Shown: piece by piece, positions 1-9,567 of the stretch
Numbering within the stretch: position 1 is the stretch's first letter
How the letters are laid out: every line of letters begins with the position of its first letter
Origin: Rhodothermales bacterium
GTDB taxonomy: Bacteria; Bacteroidota; Rhodothermia; Rhodothermales; VXPQ01
Length of the DNA: 64,000 nt
Reading direction: 5' to 3'
NCBI GenBank assembly: GCA_965116435.1
Contig: OZ220686.1
Location: 2,036,054-2,100,053, forward strand
The notes under the pieces: generated by a model
Database searches by the model: none
Seen by the model: the letters and a program-made list of their open reading frames with translations, nothing else
Told to the model about the DNA's origin: nothing
Translations under genes and position numbers: made by a program

Positions 1-1166
1 AAGAACTCGCCAGCCTGGTCGCCCACAACAAGGTGATGGAAACATTCCACACGGAAGTCATCGAAAAGGGGCAATACGATGTGGTAGGCCGTCCTGCGCT
101 TACGAGCATGGAGCATGAAATGGACGGCGGCCTGCGCGCCGTGGTCCGGTTCGGCGTCCGGCCCGACATTACGTTGAAGGATTTGTCCGGCGAAAAGCTC
201 CATCGCCTCACCTTCGAGGTTTCGGACGAAGAAGTGGACCAACGAATGGAATGGCTCCGCAAGAAACACGCCGACCTCGTTCCGGTGGAGGGGGAGGAAA
301 TTACGGAGGATTTTCAGGTCGTCATGGATTCGCAGCGCCTCGACGAGGCCACCAACGTGCCCGTCGTCGGAGAGAAGCAGGAGGACATCGTATTCTTCGT
401 AGACGACGAGCGCCTGGAGAAGAACCTTCGGGAAGCCGTTCTCGGCAAACGGGTCGGAGATACCTGTGTGGTGGAACTTCCCTCCGGAGAAAACGCCGAT
501 GGACCTGTGCAGCGATACCGAATATGGATTCGGGAAACCCGTCGGCGGGACCTCCCCGATTTCGACGATGCGTTCGTGCAACGGATTACGGAGGGCGAAT
601 TCCCCTCTGCGGACACCTGGAAAAGCGCCGTGCGCCAGAGACTCGCCGAAACAAAGAAAGACAATACGGAGGGATTGCTTGCCGAACATATCGTCGAGCG
701 CATGCTGGACTTGCACGACATACCTGTTCCCGAATCGGCGGTGGACCTGCACCTGGACGATTTTTTCGACGATTTTGTAAAACGCTGCGACGGCAAGCTC
801 CCGGAGGATTTCAACCTGCTCACGTATCGGGAGGCGAACCGCAGCCTGGCGGCCCGCCACGCCAAATGGGGTTTGCTCCGCGACGCCTGGATCGAGCAGG
901 AGAAGATCGAAGTCACCGAGGACGACCTGGACGCCTGGTTCGACAAAGCCGTCGAAAGCCACGAGGATATATCCTCCGAAATGCTGCGCCGGCACTACGA
1001 ACGCAACGACGGCCTGGACGATATCCGCGGGCGCATTCTGAGCCGCAAGGTGCTGGACACCCTCATCGACGCGTTCGAAATAGAAGACACGGGCCTGGAA
1101 GACTTCAGAAAACTGTATCCCGGGCCGTCCGCGCAAGACAGCTCCTCCATCCTTACCCCGGCCTGA
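1..1166 (+). CDS. tig: Trigger factor (5' partial)
   Basis: Frame is open from position 3. Trigger-factor-like central and C-terminal regions ([37 protein letters not shown]). Lies directly upstream of clpP. Confidence 0.9.
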   Translation, partial: ELASLVAHNKVMETFHTEVIEKGQYDVVGRPALTSMEHEMDGGLRAVVRFGVRPDITLKDLSGEKLHRLTFEVSDEEVDQRMEWLRKKHADLVPVEGEEITEDFQVVMDSQRLDEATNVPVVGEKQEDIVFFVDDERLEKNLREAVLGKRVGDTCVVELPSGENADGPVQRYRIWIRETRRRDLPDFDDAFVQRITEGEFPSADTWKSAVRQRLAETKKDNTEGLLAEHIVERMLDLHDIPVPESAVDLHLDDFFDDFVKRCDGKLPEDFNLLTYREANRSLAARHAKWGLLRDAWIEQEKIEVTEDDLDAWFDKAVESHEDISSEMLRRHYERNDGLDDIRGRILSRKVLDTLIDAFEIEDTGLEDFRKLYPGPSAQDSSSILTPA

Positions 1167-1249
1167 TCGGCAACGGCTGCGGAACTCTCTTCCGGGGATA
1201 CGGTAGCATGCTTGCTATTAGAACATTCTCATACTTCCTGGATGCCTAC

Positions 1250-1945
1250 ATGGTAGAAGATTTCGTCAAGTTTTCGCGGGACCTTACGATTCCGGAAAGC
1301 ATTTACAGCGGCCCTTTTCGCGAACAATCCATCGCGACCCTCGTGCCGATGGTCGTCGAACAAACGAGCCGGGGCGAGCGCGCCTACGATATTTACAGCC
1401 GACTGCTGAAAGAACGCATCGTCATCGTTGGAACGCCGGTGAACGATCAGATTGCGAACCTTGCGGTTGCGCAGCTCCTGTATCTCGCGAGCGAGGATTC
1501 TGATCGGGACATCAACATGTACATCAACTCGCCGGGGGGGATTATCTACAGCGGGTTGGCGGTGTACGACACCATGCAGTGGGTCAACGCCCCGATCGCT
1601 ACGACCTGCGTGGGCCTCGCCGCCTCGATGGGTGCGATCCTGCTGTCCGCTGGCGCTCCCGGCAAACGCGGCGCCCTGCCCAACTCCCGCATCATGATGC
1701 ACCAACCGCTGGGCGGTGCGCAAGGACAGGCTTCGGATATCGAAATTCAGGCCAAGGAGATTATTCGTCTGAAGCGGTTATTGTACGACATCCTTGCCGC
1801 GCACACGAACAAGTCGGTCGAACAAATCGAACACGACGCCGACCGGGACTACTGGCTCAGCGCCCAGGAAGCCAAGGACTATGGCGTCGTGGACAATGTG
1901 CTGAATCGGCAACAGACCGCCAAGGACGCCGACCCGGGGAAATAA
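1250..1945 (+). CDS. clpP: ATP-dependent Clp protease proteolytic subunit
   Basis: [52 protein letters not shown] at 1250 chosen inside the longer 251..1945 ORF. Confidence 0.97.
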   Translation: MVEDFVKFSRDLTIPESIYSGPFREQSIATLVPMVVEQTSRGERAYDIYSRLLKERIVIVGTPVNDQIANLAVAQLLYLASEDSDRDINMYINSPGGIIYSGLAVYDTMQWVNAPIATTCVGLAASMGAILLSAGAPGKRGALPNSRIMMHQPLGGAQGQASDIEIQAKEIIRLKRLLYDILAAHTNKSVEQIEHDADRDYWLSAQEAKDYGVVDNVLNRQQTAKDADPGK

Positions 1946-1982
1946 GCGAGAAATAAGCGGAAAATAACACGGGAAACAAGCC
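1937..1982 (+). repeat. Degenerate 11-12 bp tandem repeat (GRRAAATAAGC-like, about 4 copies) spanning the clpP stop
   Basis: gggaaataagc gagaaataagc ggaaaataaca cgggaaacaagc. Confidence 0.6.
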
Positions 1983-2015
1983 GAGGGAACCCCGCTGCGG
2001 TTGATATTAAAGGGG

Positions 2016-2049
2016 TCGATATCAACCTATAATCGATATCAACCTATAA
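2016..2049. repeat. Perfect 17-bp tandem duplication TCGATATCAACCTATAA
   Basis: Two adjacent identical copies. GGTTGATAT at about 1999 can pair with ATATCAACC, giving a possible hairpin between convergent clpP and tRNA-Glu. Confidence 0.8.
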
Positions 2050-2072
2050 AAAGAGCCGCCGTAAAACGTTCG

Positions 2073-2145
2073 TACCGCGTACGGGATTCGAACCCGTGTT
2101 ACCAGCGTGAGAGGCTGGCGTCCTGAACCCCTAGACGAACGCGGC
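2073..2145 (-). tRNA. tRNA-Glu (CTC)
   Basis: Reverse complement GCCGCGTTCGTCTAGGGG...CCAGC-CT-CTC-AC-GCTGG...GGTTCGAATCC...ACGCGGTA. CCA not encoded. Confidence 0.96.
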
Positions 2146-2291
2146 AGGCAGATGGCGAAAGCCGAAAAATCATAGCGACAAAATAGCATCGTCGCCCGAT
2201 CATTTGCAACGCAACGATCCCTGAATAGTTTCAGAACGCGGCAGGCCCGCTTTCGCGCGCCGTGCGCCACATCCCTTACATCCTACCCATC

Positions 2292-3368
2292 ATGAACGCT
2301 ACGGTCCTGTCCTTCGTCCGCTCTTTTTTCGCGCCTGTTCGCATGGGCGCGGCCCTTGGTTCCCTCCTCCTGCTTGCCGCATGCGGTTCCGGCGAGGAAA
2401 CATCCGCCCAAACGAGCGAGAGCGAGCCTGAGGGGCAGTATGGCGTTGGCGAACCCCTTTCCGATCCCGCGCTTGCGGTCGTCGTACGCTCTCACCTTGG
2501 CGCGGACACCTTGTTTACGGAGTCGTTCGAGGAGGAAGCGCTGGCTGTGGCGATGCAATACAACATTCTGGACAATGCGGAGGAAATGCGCAGTCTCCGC
2601 ACAAGCATTGTGGAAAGATTCGTATTGCTGGAGCATCTGATTTTGGGCGAAGCGGACAGTCTCGACCTTCTTGCCAGCGAGGCGGACGTAGAGCAACGCA
2701 TGCAGCAGATCATGACGCAATTTCCCAGTGTGGAAGAGTTGCGGCAGGCCCTCGCTGCGGATAACTTGACGGAAGAGGGACTCCGCGAGCAGCTGGCCTA
2801 TGAAATCACGCAGCAAGCGTTGATCACCCATTTTTCGGAGGCTGCCGAAGAACCGGATGCGGAAGCCATCGAGGCGTACATCGAGGAGCGGGCCGAGGAA
2901 GTGCGGGCGTCGCATATTCTGTTCATCCCGCCTCCGGGAGCCACCGAGGCGCAGCACGATTCTACCCGGAGCCGGGCGGAAGCCGTGCTCGACAGCGTGC
3001 GGGCCGGCGCAGATTTCAGGCAGATGGCCTTGTTGCATTCGCAAGGGCCTTCCGGCCCCGGCGGCGGCGATCTGGGCTTTTTTGCTCGGGGAGACATGGT
3101 GGCTCCGTTTGCAGAGGCCGCCTTTGCCCTGAGCGATTCTGGATCCGTAACGAAAGAGCCCGTCAAAACCGACTTCGGGTACCACCTCATCCAGTTGACG
3201 GGACGGCAGGCCGCAACGCCTATGATCCCGTCCGAGGCCCGTCAGAGGATTTTGCAGCAACGCCAGCGCGATGCCGTCCAAGAGGGGATAAACCGGCTCC
3301 GCGCCAGCGCAACCGTGCATATTAATCCAGACGTGGCGGACGTCGATCTGAACGCAACCGTGGAATAA
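2292..3368 (+). CDS. Parvulin-type peptidyl-prolyl isomerase lipoprotein (PrsA/SurA-like)
   Basis: Lipobox LAAC, then VRASHIL, GGDLGFFARGDMVAPF, TDFGYHLI. Start uncertain. Confidence 0.9.
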   Translation: MNATVLSFVRSFFAPVRMGAALGSLLLLAACGSGEETSAQTSESEPEGQYGVGEPLSDPALAVVVRSHLGADTLFTESFEEEALAVAMQYNILDNAEEMRSLRTSIVERFVLLEHLILGEADSLDLLASEADVEQRMQQIMTQFPSVEELRQALAADNLTEEGLREQLAYEITQQALITHFSEAAEEPDAEAIEAYIEERAEEVRASHILFIPPPGATEAQHDSTRSRAEAVLDSVRAGADFRQMALLHSQGPSGPGGGDLGFFARGDMVAPFAEAAFALSDSGSVTKEPVKTDFGYHLIQLTGRQAATPMIPSEARQRILQQRQRDAVQEGINRLRASATVHINPDVADVDLNATVE

Positions 3369-3391
3369 CGCCTCCGGGATACGCGGGTCAA

Positions 3392-3428
3392 GGATGCGCT
3401 GATTACGTCCACTGCGACCAGCGCGTCT
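3392..3428. repeat. 37-bp palindromic repeat unit (solo copy)
   Basis: GGATGCGCTGAT-13 nt-ACCAGCGCGTCT, preceded by TCAA, between convergent genes. Confidence 0.75.
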
Positions 3429-3431
3429 TCT

Positions 3432-4880
3432 CTACAAGGCGTCCATGCCGAATCGCTCGACGGCCTCCAGGGTCTCGCGCACATCGTCCCAGGTCGTCTC
3501 GTGGTTGACGATGCACATTCTGAGCGAAAACCGCTGCCTCAGGCTCGTCGACGACATGAAGGCGCGCTCTTCCCAGAATATGTGCGCAAGCACCTTCTTG
3601 TTGATCTCCGCCAGCGCCTCTTCGTCCAGGTCCTTGTCCCGGGGGTTGAATCGGAAGCACACAATCCCCAGCGTCGCCGAATGCAACATCTCCAGCGTCG
3701 GACGCGAACGGATGTACTCTTCGGCGCGTGCAGCCAGCTCCATCCCTTTCGACACGGCGCGACGGAACGCCGCCATGCCGAACGTCTGAACAGACATCCA
3801 TATTTTCAATGCGCGCACCGAACGGCTCAGTTGCAACCCGCGATTCGAAAAGTTCGGATGGTCCGCGCCCCATATCGTGTCCTGAAGCATGGAGTGCGGA
3901 ATCGCAAATACATGCTCCAGCGTTTTTACGTCCTTCACCAGCAGGCAACCCGCCTCGTACGGCTGGAAGAACCATTTGTGGGCGTCGACCACAATCGAAT
4001 CGGCGCGCTCGATTCCGCGCAAAAGCTCCTTGCCGCGCTCGGTCACCACGGCGAATCCGCCGTACGCGGCATCGACATGGAGCCATATTCCTTCGGCCTC
4101 GCAGTAGTCCGCTATTTCCTCCAGGGGATCGATAGCGCCTGTGCTGCCCGCCCCGCCGTTCGCGCACACCGCGATGGGGGTGCATCCCGCGGCGCGGTCC
4201 GCCGCCACGGTGCGGGCCAGCGCCGCTACATCCAGACGATACTGCTCGTCGCAGGCAATCTTGCGGATACGCTCCGCGCGAACGCCAATGATGCGGGCCG
4301 CGCGAATCTGCGCACTGTGACTCTGATCGCTCATGTACACGGTTGCCCGATCAGGATCTCCAGCGGCCTCCCGCGCCGCTACGAACGCATCAAGACTGGC
4401 CGCCGACCCCCCGCTTGTCAAAAGCCCCCCGGCGCCCTCCGGGTAGCCAAGCCATTGACGAATCCAGTCGATAACCACCAGCTCGAGCTGGCTCGGGCCG
4501 CTTGAGGTTAACCATGTGCACTGGTTCACCTGGTGCCCGGCCACCATAAATTCCGCCAACACCCCTGGCCATGTGGGGGACGAAGGGATAAACCCGAAAA
4601 ACCGAGGGTGATCGTTCCGCGCTGCGAACGGAAGGATGTCGCGGGCCGCCTGCTCGATAACGTCCAGCGCCGGACGGCCCTCCTCGGGCGGAGCCTCCGC
4701 CAGCTGCCGTATGAGTTCCTCCCTGAATTCTCCGTCCCAGGCCGTCTCTTCGGGCAGATTCTCTATCCGCGTCACCACGAGCTCCGCCACCCTGCGCGCC
4801 AGGTCCAGCATCGTCTCGGGCGCCATGGACAGATCGCTGCGCACGCCTGCGTTTGGTCCCGTATTCTTCGGTAGACCCAT
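3432..4880 (-). CDS. PLP-dependent group II (aromatic amino acid) decarboxylase
   Basis: DHPRFFGFIP, GLLTSGGS, WLHVDAAYGG, DAHKW (PLP lysine), RALKIW. Confidence 0.9.
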   Translation of the reverse strand: MGLPKNTGPNAGVRSDLSMAPETMLDLARRVAELVVTRIENLPEETAWDGEFREELIRQLAEAPPEEGRPALDVIEQAARDILPFAARNDHPRFFGFIPSSPTWPGVLAEFMVAGHQVNQCTWLTSSGPSQLELVVIDWIRQWLGYPEGAGGLLTSGGSAASLDAFVAAREAAGDPDRATVYMSDQSHSAQIRAARIIGVRAERIRKIACDEQYRLDVAALARTVAADRAAGCTPIAVCANGGAGSTGAIDPLEEIADYCEAEGIWLHVDAAYGGFAVVTERGKELLRGIERADSIVVDAHKWFFQPYEAGCLLVKDVKTLEHVFAIPHSMLQDTIWGADHPNFSNRGLQLSRSVRALKIWMSVQTFGMAAFRRAVSKGMELAARAEEYIRSRPTLEMLHSATLGIVCFRFNPRDKDLDEEALAEINKKVLAHIFWEERAFMSSTSLRQRFSLRMCIVNHETTWDDVRETLEAVERFGMDAL

Positions 4881-4968
4881 CAGATTCTTTCTGCAACCTG
4901 TTTCCGGCGCGCGATTGTACGGCGCCGACAAGGAGGCCGTACAATCGCACGGCCTCCCTCGAACAGTA

Positions 4969-6327
4969 TTACTTGAGCAGGGTCATCTTTTTCACCGAGA
5001 CGCGCTCGCCGGTGCGCAGGACGTACAGGTACGCGCCGCCGGACAGACCTGTACCGTCGAACGGAATGCTGTACTGGCCTGCCGGTTGCACCCCGTCCGC
5101 CAGTACGCGGACCTCGCGGCCAAGCATGTCATGGACCGTAAGCGTGATGGCCTGCGCCCGCTCCAGCGAAAATTCGATTGTCGTAGAGGGGTTGAAGGGG
5201 TTCGGATAATTTTGCTCCAGCGCAAAGGCTTCGGGAATTTCTCCGTCCAGGGGTTCTACGGACTGTGTAATGTCGTCCTCCGTTCCGTATATGCCGGCGC
5301 CTATGATGGTTACAAACGATGCCGTCATGCCATTGGGGAGCATAAACTCCAGCTCGTGCGCGCGGGCGAAGGAAAACTTTGGAATGTCGACTCTGTCGCT
5401 GTCGTCATCGGGATTGTCGAAATAATACTCGACGAAGGCCCCCTCGTCGCTGTCCATCGCCGCGTCAATAATTTTCGGCAAAATCAGGTCCCCGGTAACG
5501 GCGTCTACGAGGGTACTTGAGGGATTCCGCAACTCGTATCTTTCTGGAAACGCTCCGTGAAAGAACGTGTAGCCGGTGGCGTCCATGAGAAAGAGGTATG
5601 TGGGGCCGTGTCTCCAGTACCCGGTCGTGTCCCGAAATGTCGGCTTTATTTTCAGGATGGCGTCGGTGCCCTCGGTTTCATAGATCTTCAGCAGGTGATC
5701 CAATGCCCCGTTCACGAAGGCCTTCAGGCTTTCCCTGTCCGTTACCTCCCGAGCCGTTACGGCCGGGCGCTCGCCGGGGTCGATCGTTTCTTCCACGAGA
5801 TGGGATTCCTTAATATCAAGGCCGGCGATCAGGATAGCCGGGCTGCCGTCCGGGTTAAAGTACGGTCGCGCATAGCCGTCGTCGTTTTCAAACGTGAACG
5901 CGCCGCCCTTGTCCGACATTTTCGAGGCCGTGGCAATCGCATTGAGCATGTCATCATTGATACGCCTCCCCGACACAAGCAGATCCTTTCCGTGCAGCAC
6001 CACCGTGCCTTCCACGGTTATCGTACTAATGTAGGTGTCGCCGGAAAACCAGTTTCCCTCGCTCGTTAAAATACATCCGATGTATCCGGCCGCCAGCGGG
6101 GAAATGCTGAAAGACAGCGCGTAAGCATAATAATCGTCTACGAATGCCTCCAGCGTGGCATCCCCGCTCTCCACCTGCGCAGCCGTTGTAATGTCCGAGT
6201 CTGGCGCGGGAATGTTTTCCGGTAGCGTGCAGGCTTCATCTGCCTGCGCAAAGGCCGGGGTCACGTTCGAGAGCAGGCAGGCACACGCCAGCAGGCTCGC
6301 GGAAAGTATCGAGAATGCGGTCTTCAT
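4969..6327 (-). CDS. Secreted protein with Cache-like domain(s) and a T9SS type A sorting domain
   Basis: Signal peptide MKTAFSIL...AFAQ. sCache_2-like segment YLFLMDATGYTFFHG...GAFVEYYFDNP. C-terminal ALEQNYPNPFNPSTTIEF...KKMTLLK. Confidence 0.8.
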   Translation of the reverse strand: MKTAFSILSASLLACACLLSNVTPAFAQADEACTLPENIPAPDSDITTAAQVESGDATLEAFVDDYYAYALSFSISPLAAGYIGCILTSEGNWFSGDTYISTITVEGTVVLHGKDLLVSGRRINDDMLNAIATASKMSDKGGAFTFENDDGYARPYFNPDGSPAILIAGLDIKESHLVEETIDPGERPAVTAREVTDRESLKAFVNGALDHLLKIYETEGTDAILKIKPTFRDTTGYWRHGPTYLFLMDATGYTFFHGAFPERYELRNPSSTLVDAVTGDLILPKIIDAAMDSDEGAFVEYYFDNPDDDSDRVDIPKFSFARAHELEFMLPNGMTASFVTIIGAGIYGTEDDITQSVEPLDGEIPEAFALEQNYPNPFNPSTTIEFSLERAQAITLTVHDMLGREVRVLADGVQPAGQYSIPFDGTGLSGGAYLYVLRTGERVSVKKMTLLK

Positions 6328-6539
6328 GGTTCTGTACGCGTTATGTTCGAGGGAAAACAGCCTCTGAAATCCAGACAGTGTACCCGCGTTCGTTGCCTTC
6401 GCCGGGCTGCAGCGCTTCGTTCCGTCTTGCACGTCAGAGTCTTTCGTCGGATAATATATTATCATACGATGTGTATTGTCAAGCGTGGGCGACAAAAAAA
6501 TACATTGTCAGGAGTCTGGCGCCTCTCTGCGCCCGTAAA

Positions 6540-6575
6540 GGATGCGCTGATCAAGCCCACTTCGATCCGCGCTGG
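6540..6575. repeat. Degenerate copy of the 37-bp palindromic unit
   Basis: GGATGCGCTGATCAAGCCCACTTCGATCCGCGCT matches the units at 56292 and 40950. Confidence 0.75.
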
Positions 6576-6630
6576 CTGCGCGCGTGCTCATTACGCGGGG
6601 TCGCCCCCCCCGAGGCGCCTGTTCTGGACC

Positions 6631-7119
6631 TTACCGTAGCGCGTCGCTGTCGTGGCGGCGCATCAGGATGTGTGGGATTCCGACTTCTTCAAAAGGGTCG
6701 CCGACGGTATGAAAACCCAGGGACTGGTAGAACTTCTCCAGATGCAATTGTGCGTGGACAAGGTATTCCCCCAGACCAGCCCGCCGGGCGTCTTCGATAA
6801 CCCAGGCGACCAGCGCCTTGCCATACCCTTTCCCCCGGTATTCTTTCAGCACGGAAAAACGCTCCAGCCTTGCCGTAGGACGCTGTTCGTAGGCTATCAG
6901 GCGCCACCTCGCCGCCGCCATCGGTACGCCGTCCACGGAGCCCAGCACATGACGACTGATCTCTTCGTACTTGTCCCATTCCAGCTCGCACGGACAGTTT
7001 TGCTCGTCAATGAAGACACGGGTGCGAATGGCTTTTACGGCTTGCCATTCCTTGCTGCCTCTGTATGCGATGCACACGGCCATGGAGCCGCTCACCGGGT
7101 CGCGATAAAGGAAAGTCAT
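6631..7119 (-). CDS. GNAT N-acetyltransferase (ElaA/YjcF-like)
   Basis: IRTRVFIDEQ, VLKEYRGKGYG, HAQ...FYQSLGF...FEEVGIPHILM. Confidence 0.9.
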   Translation of the reverse strand: MTFLYRDPVSGSMAVCIAYRGSKEWQAVKAIRTRVFIDEQNCPCELEWDKYEEISRHVLGSVDGVPMAAARWRLIAYEQRPTARLERFSVLKEYRGKGYGKALVAWVIEDARRAGLGEYLVHAQLHLEKFYQSLGFHTVGDPFEEVGIPHILMRRHDSDALR

Positions 7120-7249
7120 GGATTTGCTTAAAAAAATAAGGTGAAACCGGGGGATTCGGCACATTAATGTACCATTTTGGCTAAAATTGTTTCTTTTATG
7201 CCTGCGAAAATATTATGAATGCGCAAAATACTCGAGAAAAAAAGTCCTC

Positions 7250-7296
7250 GCCTTAAAAAATAAAGCGGCCAGGTTCGCCGGTTTATTTTCTAAGGC
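7250..7296. repeat. AT-rich 20-bp inverted repeat (18/20 match, 7-nt loop)
   Basis: GCCTTAAAAAATAAAGCGGC / GCCGGTTTATTTTCTAAGGC. Terminator or operator role not determined. Confidence 0.7.
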
Positions 7297-7459
7297 ACGT
7301 CCTCCGGCGTGCGAGCCAGTCTCTGCCGCAGGGGGTGCCTGGAGGCGCATCGCGGGCGTCGGGAGCGGAGGCCCGCGGCATGGGCTGCGGACGCCGCCGT
7401 CCCGTAGTCAGGGCGTTGCCCGCCGATCTTGTCGCAGTCGTCCGGCGCATCTCCAGCTT

Positions 7460-8050
7460 TCATCGCGTCCATGCTTTAAAGACGCTGCGAAGATGTTCCA
7501 CAAAACGATTGAGCGACCGGTCTACGCGTACAGAACGGTCCATGTTCATCTTCCGGACGATGTCTTCTGCGTATTCAACGCCGCCCAGTATAGGGGATCT
7601 CCCGGTCGCCCGAATTTCTTGGGCAAGGAAGCGTTTGTATCGATTCCTCTCGCATTTTTGATCGGGCGGCGAGCAGCCTTGTCCAAAAACAGCCTTGAAG
7701 GCTGCTCCATCCAGCAGGAGCCATCGCTCTATATGCGGATCGGGAATAGCGTAAACAATCTGCGCGGGGGTGTCTTGCTTTCCCGCCTGTTCGTCCACTT
7801 CTTTTCTACGTTCGTTCAAGCCCTTGCAGTTGGCGTCTGTGGCTACCACGATCAAATCGGGGGAATTGCCCTGCCGTCTGACATCTTCCAGATACCTCCT
7901 GAATTCTCCAACCACTTGGGCATAGCCACCGGTTGCATTGCGCCATTCCGAACGTACCTCAAGTTCGAATTCTTCCGCAATTCGCTTCACGAGCGCACCA
8001 ATGACCAGCCTGTGCGCATCGTCTTCTACAAAAAAGGCGATCTCACGCAT
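7460..8050 (-). CDS. DUF4276/RloB-like (TOPRIM-like) protein
   Basis: N-terminal FFVED, central VVATDAN, P.IERWLLLD. Overlaps the stop of the upstream ATPase. Confidence 0.7.
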   Translation of the reverse strand: MREIAFFVEDDAHRLVIGALVKRIAEEFELEVRSEWRNATGGYAQVVGEFRRYLEDVRRQGNSPDLIVVATDANCKGLNERRKEVDEQAGKQDTPAQIVYAIPDPHIERWLLLDGAAFKAVFGQGCSPPDQKCERNRYKRFLAQEIRATGRSPILGGVEYAEDIVRKMNMDRSVRVDRSLNRFVEHLRSVFKAWTR

Positions 8051-9365
8051 CGAAATCCCCCCGCAACATTCGCTGCGATATCGGCAAGCCGTTTGCGTCG
8101 TCGGAAAACACCTGGTTGATATCCCCGCCTCGCCCCAACGGTCCTATGGGCCCCCAGTTCGATACAGGATCAATCCGGGTTTCGCCATTGCGTCGGCGCA
8201 CGGCAAACAAGGAATCGTACGGAAGCAAGCTGGGCAAAATCGGCGAATGGGTCGTGACAATGTATTGGGTTTGTTGCAGGCTTTGTTGTGTTTTCAGCAG
8301 TTCTGCAATAAGCTGGATGCGCCGTGGATGCACGCCATTCTCCGGCTCCTCGAATCCTGTGAGCGCCGGAGCCTCCCTGGCTCCGGCCAAGGACAATAGG
8401 CCGAGCATACGCAACGTTCCGTCCGAGAGTACGCGGGCGGGCATGGCCACGCCGCCTTCGCGCAAGTGCAGTTCGGCCTCGCCGAAATCGTTCACGCCCA
8501 CATCGATCCCGTCAATGTTCGGCATGAGGGTATGTAGCGCCTTTTCGATACCCTGGAATCGGAATGGGTCCGTAACCTTGAGCGTATTCAGAAAGGCCGC
8601 CAGTTCTTCGCCCATCAAGCCGATGTGGCGCACTTCCTTCACAGGCGTGGCTGCACGCATGCGTTCGCGGGGCTCGAAGTAGAAGAACGACCAGCTTTCC
8701 AGTTCGCGGCGAGCCGCTGTCACATGCGGGTAATGCGGCAGGTAATGCGGCATCGACAAAATACTTCGATCCAGAAAACGATCGTAGTACGTTGGATGCG
8801 CCTGCCCTTCGAGTCGAAGGTATATTTTTTCGCCTTCGCGTCCGAAGAATGGCTTGCGTGTTCCCCTGGGCTCGCCATTGCTGTTCAGGGCAGTCAAGGT
8901 TTCGTCGGCCACGCGGAGGGTACCGGACTTTGGCAACATTTCAACCTCAATGCGGTAACGCAGGTATCGTTCGCGCACTTGTGGAAGCCGTTCCCTGGCG
9001 CGTTCAGAATCCGATGCATCCCGGCCTGGACGACGCATATTTCGTATTTCCTGATTCACGGCGCGCACTACCGAATCCGAAAGATGCAGATCGGCTTCAA
9101 AGGAAAACCTCAGGTCGTCCTTGGCGATCAATTCCTTGAGCCCGCCCTTTCCCATCGTGAATGATTCGAGGGGTTTCCCTCGATACGGCGAAGCAAAGGC
9201 GTCTTTCAGCGTTTTGCTGACGCCGAGCCTGGACAACAACTGCAGGGCGTCAAGAAAATTGCTCTTGCCCGCTGCGTTCGGACCGAAAAGCACGGTAAGG
9301 GGCTTGATGCACACCTCTATATCCAAAAGAGATTTATACCCCGTAATGCGAATACGCTTCAGCAT
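8043..9365 (-). CDS. ABC/SMC-like AAA ATPase (AAA_21/AAA_15-type)
   Basis: ITGYKSL, Walker A GPNAAGKSN, signature LSDGT, Walker B FEEPENGVHP, VTTHSP. Confidence 0.9.
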   Translation of the reverse strand: MLKRIRITGYKSLLDIEVCIKPLTVLFGPNAAGKSNFLDALQLLSRLGVSKTLKDAFASPYRGKPLESFTMGKGGLKELIAKDDLRFSFEADLHLSDSVVRAVNQEIRNMRRPGRDASDSERARERLPQVRERYLRYRIEVEMLPKSGTLRVADETLTALNSNGEPRGTRKPFFGREGEKIYLRLEGQAHPTYYDRFLDRSILSMPHYLPHYPHVTAARRELESWSFFYFEPRERMRAATPVKEVRHIGLMGEELAAFLNTLKVTDPFRFQGIEKALHTLMPNIDGIDVGVNDFGEAELHLREGGVAMPARVLSDGTLRMLGLLSLAGAREAPALTGFEEPENGVHPRRIQLIAELLKTQQSLQQTQYIVTTHSPILPSLLPYDSLFAVRRRNGETRIDPVSNWGPIGPLGRGGDINQVFSDDANGLPISQRMLRGDFDA

Positions 9366-9567
9366 GACATGCCTGTGCTCAGTTTCACTCTGCTGCACCC
9401 CCGCAGCGATCTTGTATAGTACGATATAACGAAGAACATCGCGTACCCCATCTCGGGTTTCCTTCTGCCGGGGACATATTTTCCGTGGAATGCGTTACAC
9501 TTCGACCCCGCATCCATTCCCTGCACGGTCATCGCTCGGCCCGGCCAGCGAGCCGTTTGGCATGGCC

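Noticed and set aside
251-1249. Apparent long N-terminal extension of ClpP
   Set aside because: It overlaps tig in another frame. The likely start is 1250.
1250-2145. clpX absent after tig-clpP
   Set aside because: Gene-order variation is common, and clpX may lie elsewhere in the genome.
7250-7296. Integron attC interpretation of the AT-rich inverted repeats (also 60252 and 61993)
   Set aside because: They lack RYYYAAC/GTTRRRY ends, and no integron integrase is seen.
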